DNA of 64,000 bases. Source: Minutocellus sp. GHC0000111 (taxonomy: Eukaryota). This document shows positions 11,987 to 23,161 of this stretch, piece after piece. Made by a program: the position numbers and the translations under genes. The notes below the pieces were generated by a model, which ran no database searches, was not told the origin of the DNA, and was given only the letters and a program-made list of their open reading frames with translations. Position 1 is the first letter of the stretch; each line of letters starts with the position of its first letter. The stretch covers positions 2,294,001 through 2,358,000 of the forward strand of contig OZ361258.1 of the NCBI GenBank assembly GCA_977018835.1. The letters run 5' to 3'.

Positions 11987-12313
11987 GGCGGCGGTGCCCC
12001 TTGTTTCGACTCTTGTGATGACATTCGGGGTGTTGTTAAAATTGAACGAAATTTCCCACGCTTCCACCATGGTGAAACACCGGTTGGCGTGTCTCTTCAG
12101 CATCAGCCCACCCCCCTCGGCATTCTTGCATGTGTGGCTCACTGACATGTTAGTTGGCAATGTCCTTGAAAAGTGCCGCGGGGGGGTGGGCTGATGCTGA
12201 AGATGTGCCAACCGGTGTTTCACCATGGCGGAAGCATGGGAAATTTCGTTCAATTTTAACAACGCCCCGAATGTCATCACAAGAGTCGAGTCGAAACAAG
12301 GGGCACCGCCGCC
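11987..12313. mobile_element. foldback MITE flanked by TTAA (Kolobok-like by GG...CC termini; Harbinger not excluded)
   Basis: ~135-bp inverted arms GGCGGCGGTGCCCCTTGTTTCGACTC... and TTAA at 11983-11986 and 12314-12317. Confidence 0.88.
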
Positions 12314-12741
12314 TTAATTTTTCCGGGGAAATGCGACAAAATGTCGAAAATTACAAAGTTCTTCGTCCTTCCGTCGTTGGTTCGCTGCAGCACCTCTCAT
12401 TCTTTGCTGACTGACTTGCCTGCCACCGCACCGACGACTTCTGCCAGAGGTACAGCCAGCTACCATAACTATTTCAATTGTAGCTGCAGCTTTCTTTATT
12501 CTTTGGTACAAACTCACTTAACTATGGGGCGATTGATTACATTCATTCCAAGGAGAAGACGAGGTGATTCGATTTATTTCTTCCTCCTTGAAGTTCCAAG
12601 ATTTGCAACGAACGCGAGCGAGCAACAAGTCAAATCTGCTGCTCGTTGCCGACTCGACTTACTACGAGGGCGTGGGCAACAAGTTTCAACTGGCACTGAA
12701 TGAAAGGGATCTCATTCTTGACATCATGGATTAATCGACAG

Positions 12742-15700
12742 AGGGAGGCCTACATCCAATCTCTATACTGGGCCTACATTACCATGATAACGACAGGATT
12801 TGGGGACATCGTCCCCCTGTCCACGGCGGAGACGGTATGGTGCATCCTATCCATGTACGTCGGCGTCATCATCACGACGTTGGCCATTGCCAATCTGCAG
12901 CTGCTGGTTACCAACATGGATGCCGCCTTGACCAACTTTCAACGAAAGATGGAGCGGATCAAGATGTACATGGACTATCGGCAGCTACCGATGCAGTTGG
13001 CCAATCGCATCGTGAGCTTTTAACTTATCAGTGGGATCTGCTCAGGGGTGCCGACGAGGAGCGGATCCTGGGAGAGCTACCGAGATCGCTGCAGCAGCGG
13101 GTGGCCAACATTATGTGCCGAGATCTCGTGGCGTCCATCCCCTTCCTTCGCAAGGCCAACAACGCGCTGCTCAATGCTCTGGCCGAGAGTGCCGAGTACA
13201 ATCTCAACATCTACTCGCCCAACGATGACATTCTCAAGCCCGGAGAGCGCATCAAGGGCACCCTTCTCATTTCTCGTGGCGAGGTGGAGGTGCTCCGGCC
13301 AGTTGGTGACAACAACAAAGGAAATGGTGGTGGTGAAACCATCGTCGAACGGAAGCTACAGTCCTTCGATCGATTTGCCGAGGAGAGCTTGTTCGTTCCC
13401 ACGGTATGCGATCGATACGTTCGAGCCAAGACCTTTTGCGAAGTGTTTTTGCTCCCCGCAGATGATTTCCAGCACATTATTGCGAGCCATTGCGACGATG
13501 CTCACATTGCGCACTTGCGCACATGCGAGAGACGGCGCTGGCCCTTGCCAAGAGTTCTGCCAAGGTCAATGAGATGTTTGGATCGGGCGAGGATGCCGTC
13601 GTGCTTCGAGGGATTAAGAAGCATTTGCCTGCCTACCAGCACCTTTCGCAGACCCTGGTCCGTCCTTCAGCTATTGGGGGTAGTATATTACATCTGGACG
13701 CTGCCACTATCCATGATGCACTTCTTTCAGCCGACGGCAGGGGAGGGAACATTTTCTGATGGCGCCGTGATGCTTTCGTTTGGTTACGTCGTCGATATCT
13801 TCTTCCTCGTTAATCTCATTTTGACATCCAGCTACTTTGTCTATCTCGAGCAGGTATTGGTCGTCTTCGACAGCGAGCGAATTCGGCAAGAGTTTTACCG
13901 AACCCATCGAATTGGGCTGGAGGCCATTGCGGCTGTTCCGTTGGAGGTACTGTTGCTGGTGCCGGTCATGTCCTCCTATTGTCACTTCTTCCGAATGAAC
14001 AAGCTACTGCGACTGCCAAAGATATTCCGATGCACTCGTTGCGTGGAACGAGCCCTCGCCGATCACAAGGTTGGTCTCAATCAGTCGGCTGCTCGGGCAT
14101 TCAAGCTCAACTTTGTCATGGCCGTGGTCTGCCATTGGGTTGCCTGTCTGTGGCATGCATATGCTGATTTTTCCGTCCGTGCTGGAGCGGCTGACAATTG
14201 GAGGGAGGCCGACGAGGCCGACGAGACCTTGGCAATCGATCACGAGCATCTGGGAGGGTCGGGATATCTGCGAGCAATTTACTGGGCGATTGTTGGCATG
14301 TCGACGGTCGGTTACGGTAAGTGCCTTGGGGCCCTGTGGGGCAGAACAAAAATGACTGATTACGGGCGGAAGCGGCAGTCAACATTGCCTTACACATCGC
14401 AATGTCGAGCACGCGCTCTCCTCATATTGAATGCCATTTGCCATAATCCAATGTTCTTTTCTTCTCCCTCCACTACATACTCTCTCGAATCACTGCAGGC
14501 GACATTGTGCCCACTTATCTCTACGAGACGACGTTCTCGGCCCTGATCATTCTATTCGGTGGTCTCGTCCTTCCAGCTGTCGTCTGTGGCCTCGCCACCT
14601 ATTTGGGCAATTTGAATGTGGCCGTCAAGATCCACCGGAACAAGCTGGCCCGAGTTCGTTCCTATATGCGCAACGCGAGGATGGACCCAGTCCTGGTGCA
14701 ACGAGTTCTTCGTTTCTACGACTATCTTTGGTACCGTCAGGGTGGAGTTGACGAGGAGGCCGTCATGGAGGAGTTGCCTGGACCCATCCGACAACGTGTT
14801 GCGATGCACGTCAATGGGGCCGTCATTGACTCGGTCCCCTTCTTTGCCCTTTGTGATGATACGGCCAAGCAGCTCATTGTGTCCATTCTCAAGCCTAAGA
14901 CGTTTCTGCCCTCGGACGTCATTGCTCGGCAGGGTGAGATTGGTACAGAGCTCTTCCTCATTGAGCGTGGACGGGTTTTAGTTTCGTCACAGGACGGGTC
15001 CATACCGTACTGCACTCTCGGCAAGGGAGATTACTTTGGCGAGAGCTGTCTGCTGGGTGCGACGGTTCGGGTTGCCACCGTAACGGCCCTGACGTACTGC
15101 GATTGCTTCGTCTTGAGCAAGGACGATTACAACGAGGTCATGTCGGCCTATCAGGCACCTACAAGGCGCAATATTGACAGCTGGGACTGACGCCGACTAC
15201 GGCTATGGTTGCTTGGCGGCGTGGGATAACGAGTTGGGTCAGCACAATGTCTGCAACAGCGAGAGCATGGCCTCGTGCTACATCCGTTCCTTTATCTGGT
15301 CATCACGACGATTTCAACGGTAAGTTACGGAGACATTTCTCCGGTGACTCCGCTCGAGACCATCTACGAGGATGTGGTGGTGCTGACCGGCGCCTGTTTC
15401 TTCGCTGGTATCATCGGCGCCTTCTCGGCGTGGCTATCCAAGAGAGATACGGCCGGCTCCAATGCCTTCAAGCTCAAGCATCAGGCCCTTGTCAATTACA
15501 TGGCCTGTCGTACCTTCCCATTGGACCTTCAAGATGAGATTCTCGCCTACCACGGGCATCGGTGGGATCGGTCGGCTGCCATTGACGACAAGAAATCTCT
15601 CCTCGGCATACTCCCTATCCCACTGCAGATGGACTTGTCGTATGAGGTGGTGAGAAATATCATCCAGAGCATACCCTTTCTTGCAAATTACCCCCTGATT

Positions 15701-16310
15701 GTGCAGAAGCGCATCGCTCACGCTCTTCGAGTCCAGGCTTGTCCACCAAGATCTACCACATACACCGTCGGTGATATAGGGTGGGATGTGTATCTGATCA
15801 GTAAGGGCGTTATGTCGATAACTCTGCCCGATGATATTTCAGTACTCGATGCCGCTGGTAGAGCCAATGCGGCAAGGTTGAGACGGAAGCGGGACACCAT
15901 CGGCAATCTGTAACGGCCTGGTAATCACTTTGGAGAGTCCTGCATTACTAGCGAGTCCGTTGTGCGACAAGAGACTGCGGTGTCCGATAGTGCCGTCGAG
16001 CTGTACCTGATTAGCAAGGCAGATTTGGAAGCGACATGGCAATTCATGCCCGTGAAACAGAGGGACCGTTTCACCAACGATCTACTCTCCCGCAATGGGA
16101 ATACCCTCCATTCGTTCGATGGCGACGATGACGGGGACGGGGATTGTGAGGCCGATGCAGGTACCAGCGTCCCCCCATCTTCAACAACCGCTTCTACGTG
16201 CACGGCGCGTGCTTCTCCGTCAAGGTGGGATGCCGCCAGTCAACTTCATCCTGCGGCAAATGCCGCAGTCCAGAGGCTCTGCGTGGCTTGTAGTGCCTGT
16301 GGAGAATGTA
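12742..16310 (+). pseudogene. fragment of a multi-repeat cyclic-nucleotide-gated K+ channel (KCNH/CNGK-like)
   Basis: Three pore loops (TTGFGD, TVGYGD split by intron 14317-14498, TVSYGD), each followed by a C-linker and CNBD (e.g. GDYFGE..LLG..VRVATV.A). 5' part missing. Frameshifts near 13022, 13520 and 15292, an internal deletion near 15180 and a TAA at 15911. Confidence 0.85.
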
Positions 16311-16401
16311 GCATCCTTTTATCTATTTTAGATTCAGAATCCTTTCGCTTCATTTTTAGCTCTACGACATTTGCTACGTTGGCCTGACAAACAAATATTG
16401 C

Positions 16402-17586
16402 TTATTCATCATTCGCCCTTCCCCACTCGTCGCCTGCACTGACATGAATGGCCGCAAGAAGAGTTGCAAGGGTACGGCGAGAGCTTTTTTTTACGACTCC
16501 AAAAGAATCGACGGAATCAGCGTGATCAAAAACAGAATCAATAGCAACGACGATCTTGTCTACAACGCTTGAGAAGGTGTCAGTGTCGGTAATCGCGGCC
16601 TTCTTCACTGCTTTCGCGATGGCCTTGCCAGCGGCTTGGGCCCCGTCCTTCCTTCCTTTCTTTCTTTTCTTCTCATCTTCTTTGTTGTCGCCGACCATTT
16701 CTTCATACTTCTTGGCGTACTTGTTGTATACGACCTGGGGTTTCCCTTCTTTCTTCACCTGCCTTGTCCTCAGCGGATCTTCCGCGGGCGTCATGCAATT
16801 CGCATACTTGGAAAAGAATGCATCCAGATCTGGATACTCTCCTCCGTCTTCGGCACTCTTCATATGATCTTTCCAATAGTAGTTGAAAACCTGTTCAAAT
16901 GCAAACACGCTGCCGAATTTGACTGGGTCTTGGAGGAACGTCGAAGGAGGGATGATGTCTCCATCATTGATTACCTTCTCCGTGCGGAGAACAATCTTGG
17001 TGAGAACCCTGGCCGAGTCGGAGGCATCTTGTAGGCGTAGCTCAGAGAAACCTTCCTCCAACCCCGTCTCACCTGGAGCGGAGGCGGCGGAAGCGGCGGC
17101 GACCTGACTCTGGAGAGTCTCGATCTCCCTCTTGGCCTCGGCCAGGTCCTTCTCGGCACTATCGGCCCGGGCCTTTTGGTTGGCCAACTGTTCTTGGAGG
17201 TCGACGACTACCTCGTCCTGGACCTCCACCTGGGCCTCGTCCTGGACCTCCACCTTGGTCTGCTGCTGGGGTGTGTGCCCCAACTCCTTGAGAATATCGG
17301 GCTCGTCCTTGAGGGCGGGGTGATTGTAAACATCACGAATGGAGAGTCGATCATCCGGCGAAGTCATCACCATTCCGGCAATTAGATCCTGCATGCTCTC
17401 GGAAACTCCAAGGCTGCAAAGCTTGTTCTTCAGCATGGTGGGCAGATAGAGTCCGTTGTCTTTCTTGTTTCTCCTCCTGTCGTGGGCAAGTACTCCGAAA
17501 CCGATCGATCCAAAGAGGTAATGAATCAGGGTCGAGCCTGCGGAGAAGACGTCTTTATCTGATTGAATACTAGTACGTGTAGGCAA
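16402..17586 (-). CDS. 5'-truncated protein: kinase C-lobe fragment plus coiled coil and unknown domain
   Basis: KDVFSAG and DLIAGMV..SPDDRLSI.DVYNHP resemble kinase subdomains IX and XI. No ATG and no upstream kinase subdomains. Confidence 0.6.
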   Translation of the reverse strand: MPTRTSIQSDKDVFSAGSTLIHYLFGSIGFGVLAHDRRRNKKDNGLYLPTMLKNKLCSLGVSESMQDLIAGMVMTSPDDRLSIRDVYNHPALKDEPDILKELGHTPQQQTKVEVQDEAQVEVQDEVVVDLQEQLANQKARADSAEKDLAEAKREIETLQSQVAAASAASAPGETGLEEGFSELRLQDASDSARVLTKIVLRTEKVINDGDIIPPSTFLQDPVKFGSVFAFEQVFNYYWKDHMKSAEDGGEYPDLDAFFSKYANCMTPAEDPLRTRQVKKEGKPQVVYNKYAKKYEEMVGDNKEDEKKRKKGRKDGAQAAGKAIAKAVKKAAITDTDTFSSVVDKIVVAIDSVFDHADSVDSFGVVKKSSRRTLATLLAAIHVSAGDEWGRANDE

Positions 17587-17666
17587 ATTTGCTTCGCTGC
17601 TATCAGCACCAGTGCACAGTGCCCTGTTGAATTGTGACCGATAACCACGTATTTTGTCTCGGAAGG

Positions 17667-18563
17667 ATGGTCAATCGTCTGCGGCGATTGTTGCGACGTC
17701 GGAAGACGCCGGGACAATCATCAGTTCATTGCAAAAAAGACATCTTGGAAAAAGACATGGACAGTACTAGTAGCAGCACCAGTCATTCATGTGGCTCTTG
17801 TCCGCAAGCATTCAAAAGCCGCGCGTACGATAATTATACAACTCCAGTCGATCTTGATATGAGTTGCCAGTCGGGCACCGCCACTGTTATTAGCGGTGGT
17901 AGCCGCGCGGCCAAGCCGCAGAAGAGCATGCTGAGGCCTAAAAAGGACCGGTACCGCTTGGATCTCGATGCTTCTACAACAACTGCATCCACTCACCAGT
18001 CAGGATCGCATGCCGACGGCTCGGTCCTTCTTTGCCCATCGTATGCATCGAATGATATCGAATGCAGATTATTCGCAACCGAATTGTCATCGATCTCCAG
18101 CACAAGAGCTACCCCTACACGAGACAATCGCTACCATCAGCAAGTAACATTCGAAGAGGTTCCCCAAGGCACTGATCACCCCGTCCAGATCCCCGTGTAT
18201 GCTACGTATAGCCCAGACTGCGTCCGGCCGGTCGCGATGGGCCAGTATACCGACGACGACACGCCATACATGTACAACAGTCGTAGTCATCACAAATACA
18301 GCAAGCAGCCAGAGTGGAAGTCAGAGCAAAGAAGCCGATCAGAAAGAAAACGAGATGCGTCCGTTATTCTTGCTGCCCGTCGTCAGGCATTAATGGCTCA
18401 AGCCAAGTTCTACGGAGCACATCATTCTGATACCGTTTTTGCACACCAGCAGCTCTGTAACGAATTGGCTTCGGGGCGTTTTTCCGAATCAGTCGTGGAC
18501 AGTGAAATGCAACCCACTGTCAGGAGTAGAAGAGCAAATTCCATTGTTTCACGTTCTGCCTAG
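17667..18563 (+). CDS. hypothetical Ser-rich protein
   Basis: ~300-aa ORF starting at ATG 17667 (MVNRLRR). Confidence 0.6.
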   Translation: MVNRLRRLLRRRKTPGQSSVHCKKDILEKDMDSTSSSTSHSCGSCPQAFKSRAYDNYTTPVDLDMSCQSGTATVISGGSRAAKPQKSMLRPKKDRYRLDLDASTTTASTHQSGSHADGSVLLCPSYASNDIECRLFATELSSISSTRATPTRDNRYHQQVTFEEVPQGTDHPVQIPVYATYSPDCVRPVAMGQYTDDDTPYMYNSRSHHKYSKQPEWKSEQRSRSERKRDASVILAARRQALMAQAKFYGAHHSDTVFAHQQLCNELASGRFSESVVDSEMQPTVRSRRANSIVSRSA

Positions 18564-18922
18564 CTAGCTACGTAGCTGCTTCCAATACATAAATGGCGAT
18601 GGCGAAACGGAGGAATCTGTTAGCTACAAAAAACTTCGATTTTGATGCGTGCACATTTCTGCAACACCATCTTTTTCTCGTCTTTCAGTCTCTTCTGTAC
18701 ATTTTTCTTCTTTTGATATAGAGATTTTATTGCACATATTCAACCAAGACCTTAGCTACAATCTCGGCTCGATGCCGCGCCGGGGTGGTATTTTCATTAC
18801 GATTACGCAACTGTACAAAAATATTTAGAGAAACATCGTTAGGCTATGCATGCAGGCCAGCCTACTACGTAGGACTTACGTAAAGTCTAGCTAGCGCAAC
18901 GTTTAGCTAGCTAGAGACATTC

Positions 18923-21448
18923 TCACGAGTAGATGCTGTCACAGTTTTGCCTGCAAAAATTGGGTAGATTCCTCTCCAACCATGCCTTGTCCTTCGATCC
19001 AAGGTCCGATAGATCGATTGATTCGATCGTTCCGTCGGGACATGTCATGTCAAGGGCGTGGAAGATGCCAGTGGCGGGGTTGATTCGGGCCCTGAAAATA
19101 ATGAAAGAATTTGGAGCGAAGCCGTGGTTGCAGATGAGTTCTTGGTACATCATAGAAAAAGTCAATAAGCACTATAACACATAGGTACCCCAGCATCGTT
19201 TCTCTTCTACTCCGAAGAAGGCGTGGCTTACCCTCTCCATGGTGGACATGCCGCAGAGGAAACCAAAAATCATCCCGCCGAGGTGCGTGAAGTTATCTAT
19301 GAGCGGGGTAATTCCTAAGAACCACGCATGTTTTGGGTTATAGATAGTACAGTGAGGGGAGATGAGCGCAATGAGCCAACGCTTTTAAAGACATGCGTTA
19401 CCCAAGAAATGTGGTCGTGGCGAAATGAAATCATATACATTCGACACATACATACATGCACTTGACTCACCAAGCAAGCAGTTGACCACAATGTCCAGAA
19501 AGAGAAAAAGCAAGACCATTGCGTGCCTCTTCTTACTGCCACCTTCGTTGACAAAATCCGAGAAAATCAAATTTCAATTCATGACAATGTCTGATAGACA
19601 TGCCCCAATGAGACCAAAAATACCTCCCGATGCTCCAACAGAAATGTACTCAGGAATAAATATGGCGCTGAGGACGGCGCCGCCAATAGCGGGAAGGATA
19701 AATAGGATCATGGCAGGGATGAAGCCGTGGCTTTGCTCGACGGCGCTGCCAATGAACCACAGGGCGAGCATATTTAAAAAGTAGTGAATGAGGCCGGCGT
19801 GCAGAACCATTGGACTCACTAAACGCCAGGCCTCGTTCTCATTCACAATAAAATAAGTCTCCTTCGCTCCTAGTTGTACCAATGTCTCTGCACTGGGCCC
19901 AATCATTGGATTGATGGATACTGGCTCGACTTTCCATCCATTGACACCTATGGATGCGATAAGTACCCCCGTACAAATGAACAGAATGATATAAGTGAAA
20001 AAGGGGCGGTTGAAACCCTGGCTTTTTGATGCCTCGAATTCAGCCCAAGCACAGTATCTACGCATTGTGCATGTGGCGTTGAAAGAATTGCAGCAAGTAA
20101 TGTGAGTGGGGATATGTGTGTGTCGCTTTCCGCCTTCTTTTCTGATACACAAGAAATTGCCAACTCGTTTACAACAAAATCATCCCATGATCCGACTTAC
20201 GGTTCACCGTTTGCACGCCGCCAGGCAGCGTCTTCTGCCCACTCGACGTCCATCCTCACGGAAGCAAGGTGATCATACAATCCCAAGATCCCCCACGGTC
20301 TTTCGTTGCCATATTTCTTTCTGCGCTTCTCCTGGGCGAACTGAAAGTCACGCAAACGTCTTGCCAAGGCGGGGGCCATGAGTTCATCTCCACGCCAATC
20401 CGCATTAAGTTGTCCTGCTAAAAGGCGAAGTTGGTCTACATTCTCTCCTTCGTCCACGTTTGCTGAACGTCGAAGGTAGGATGCGTTGGGGGGTAAAACA
20501 TTGCCGTGATCATCAAGTAGATCACCGGAATTGTCCGACAGAATGTCATCAGCATTGCCATCCGAAAAATAGATTCCAGGCTCCTCGTCGCATCTGCTGC
20601 GCCCAAACAATCGACTAAAGAACCCCCCAATCCTGCCAGTCTTCTTGGATGACGCGTTTCCGCTGGGATTGAATGCAAAAGGATAGGCCATCATGTTATC
20701 CCCGTGGTGCTGAGCATTACTGTGATCTCCAACCGAGACAACCGAACCAACCTCAGAAAGATTGCATTGGACGTCGTATCCTTGCGAGCTGAAGGGGGGG
20801 GGGGAGAAATTGCTTGTGGTTAGACAATTCTGTGAAATTTTTGTGCCGATATATATCTACAATATTCCGATACCAGTACCAGTATTAGCTCGGCTCAACA
20901 ACTCACTATCTCAGGCCCGCCTTTTTTGCGCGAAGATTTCATTCTCATTCATCTCCCTGATCGCTGGGCTCTTCATACCAAGGTTGGAAACGATGGAGTC
21001 CTTGTGTGGATTATCATGCACATGGTCCAGGTCTTCGAGACTGTCGTAATCGTCTTCGTCGTCGTAGTAGTCATCTTCGTAGATCTCAATCTCCTCTTCC
21101 TCGTAGACTTCGTCATCCTGGTCGTCGTAGTACTGCTCATCTGCCTCGTCGCTAGCGTTGTTATTGCCGTAATCTTCCCCGTTGTCTTCCTCGGAAAAAA
21201 GTTGCGGCCATAGGGGGGTTGTCAGTTGGAGCGTCGCCCTCGTCGTAGAAGGCGTCGTCGAACTCTGGGCGTTGTCCAAATGTCGTTGAGCCGGACGTTT
21301 GTAAGAAAAATCCATCGGCATCGCGCTCATCTCCAGGATTGATGTGAACCTGCTGAGTAGTAGTAGTAGTATCAGTGGCAGCGGCAGCGGCGGCAGCAGC
21401 GTCAAGATCCATATCAAGATTGAGATTTCTTTCGTTTGATGTTGGCAT
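18923..21448 (-). CDS. rhomboid family intramembrane serine protease (4 exons, two homopolymer frameshifts in exon 1)
   Basis: NPMIGPS, WRL..PMVLHAG.IH, catalytic GASGG and DNFTHLGGM. Approximate exons 21448-20907, 20788-20200, 20055-19575 and 19314-18923. Confidence 0.88.
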
Positions 21449-21939
21449 TATGTTCTGGTGGTACGAAACTTGTGAGTGGAGATGGGGAACGGAAATCAAG
21501 TCGCCTTCGAAGTGTAGAGATAATCGAGATGGTCGAGATGGTCGATGCGCTTCAAATGTTCCAAGGCGATGGACTCGACTCGGTATAGGTATACTGCGTA
21601 ATATTTGGCGAGGCGTATTGGTATGGGTCTTGTCTTTATCAAGATTATGAGGGCTCTCTGTGTGCAGTGGAACAGCCAAGGGCTTGGAACACAATTAGCG
21701 CAAGATTCACTCCTGGCACATCTGATCAGTCGTTGCAAAGTGTGCCACCACAGTCACCCCAGAAGGGAGCACAATGTGCCATTTGACTGGCTCGACTCAA
21801 AGTCTGTCTTTCCGTCGTTCCTTCTCGTCCACAGCCCACGGAATCATCAATCGGAACCAGCTCAGTCAGAGCGGAACCAGCTCAGTCAGAGCAGCAAATA
21901 AATAAGCCGAACCGATCCAGTAACCAAGCGTCAACAACA

Positions 21940-22893
21940 ATGAGCACAGCAGAGGTCACGATTGGAGTTCTTGCGCTCCAAGGAGCATTCGAGGAGCATC
22001 AGGAACGCCTCGAGAGGTTGGATGGGGTCAAGACGGTTCAGGTACGAACTCCCGCTGATCTGGCGTCGATCGATGGCATCGTCTTGCCCGGTGGTGAGTC
22101 CACGGCGATGGGTCTGATTGGCAGTCACGACGGTATCTGGGATGCTCTGAAAAAGTTCATCAACGGAAGTAGCGAAAGTGAGGGTGGCCAGAAGGGGAAG
22201 CCGGCCTGGGGCACCTGCGCTGGCATGGTGCTGCTTTCTGACCGGTGTGTTGGAACATCGGCAGTCATCGAGGATGGACAATCCCTCATCGGTGGCCTCG
22301 ACGTATTGGTATGTCGCAATTACTTTGGCAGTCAAATCAGTTCGTTCGAGCTGAGCACTCCCTGCCCCCCTTTGGAAGGCCGAACCAGTAGCAAGGAGGA
22401 AGGAGGAAACGATGCCTACCCAGGTGTCTTCATCCGGGCGCCTGCCATCCTCAACGCAGGGCCGGATGTTCAGGTTTTGGGCAGAGTGCTGGCCACCCCA
22501 TGCCGGCAGGCGGCGGTTGTACTGAGAGAGTTGGAGCGCAAGATTCAGGCGGGTGAGGAGGTTGTCAAGATGGGAGTCGTCGATGCTCTTGTGAGGGAAA
22601 GCGAAGGAGGGGAAGGAAAGAAGATGTACGTTGACGTTGGCGCCGATGAGAGCGGCATGGGCACTGGTGCTGACGATGATGGGATTGAAGAGGAGAAGAA
22701 GGATGGGAACGTACTCACTGAAAATTCCCTGCATTTGCCCGGCGCAGCGTCGTGCGGAGGACGTGGGGTAATTTGTGCTGTGCGCAAGAACAATATCCTT
22801 TGCACGGCATTCCATCCCGAACTGACCAATGATTTGAGATGGCATGAATACTTTGTTGGTTTTGTCCGAGAAAGTAAGCTCGGTGGCGTATGA
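21940..22893 (+). CDS. PDX2: pyridoxal 5'-phosphate synthase glutaminase subunit
   Basis: GVLALQGAF.EH, LPGGESTAM, WGTCAG, RNYFGSQ, FIRAP and FHPEL motifs. Confidence 0.96.
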   Translation: MSTAEVTIGVLALQGAFEEHQERLERLDGVKTVQVRTPADLASIDGIVLPGGESTAMGLIGSHDGIWDALKKFINGSSESEGGQKGKPAWGTCAGMVLLSDRCVGTSAVIEDGQSLIGGLDVLVCRNYFGSQISSFELSTPCPPLEGRTSSKEEGGNDAYPGVFIRAPAILNAGPDVQVLGRVLATPCRQAAVVLRELERKIQAGEEVVKMGVVDALVRESEGGEGKKMYVDVGADESGMGTGADDDGIEEEKKDGNVLTENSLHLPGAASCGGRGVICAVRKNNILCTAFHPELTNDLRWHEYFVGFVRESKLGGV

Positions 22894-23161
22894 ATGAGAG
22901 CATAAAGCGACAGTAAATCGAAGCACCACAAGTCTATTGTGTACTCGTGATATTGCAACAGCATCTACTAGACTCTAGCACCTAGATATAGATCTACCAT
23001 ACCGCTTTGTAGATCTACATGTACCGGTACCGACCGGGTCGCAGCCACCGACCTCTCTTGCTCGCCTGCAATGTAAGACTAGTCGAGTGAGTCCATCATA
23101 CCTCTTCAATGGCCAGATCCGGCCACAACATCACCTTGCTTAACCCACCGGTAGACGAGAC

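Noticed and set aside
21931..22929. 332-aa antisense ORF
   Set aside because: Shadow of PDX2.
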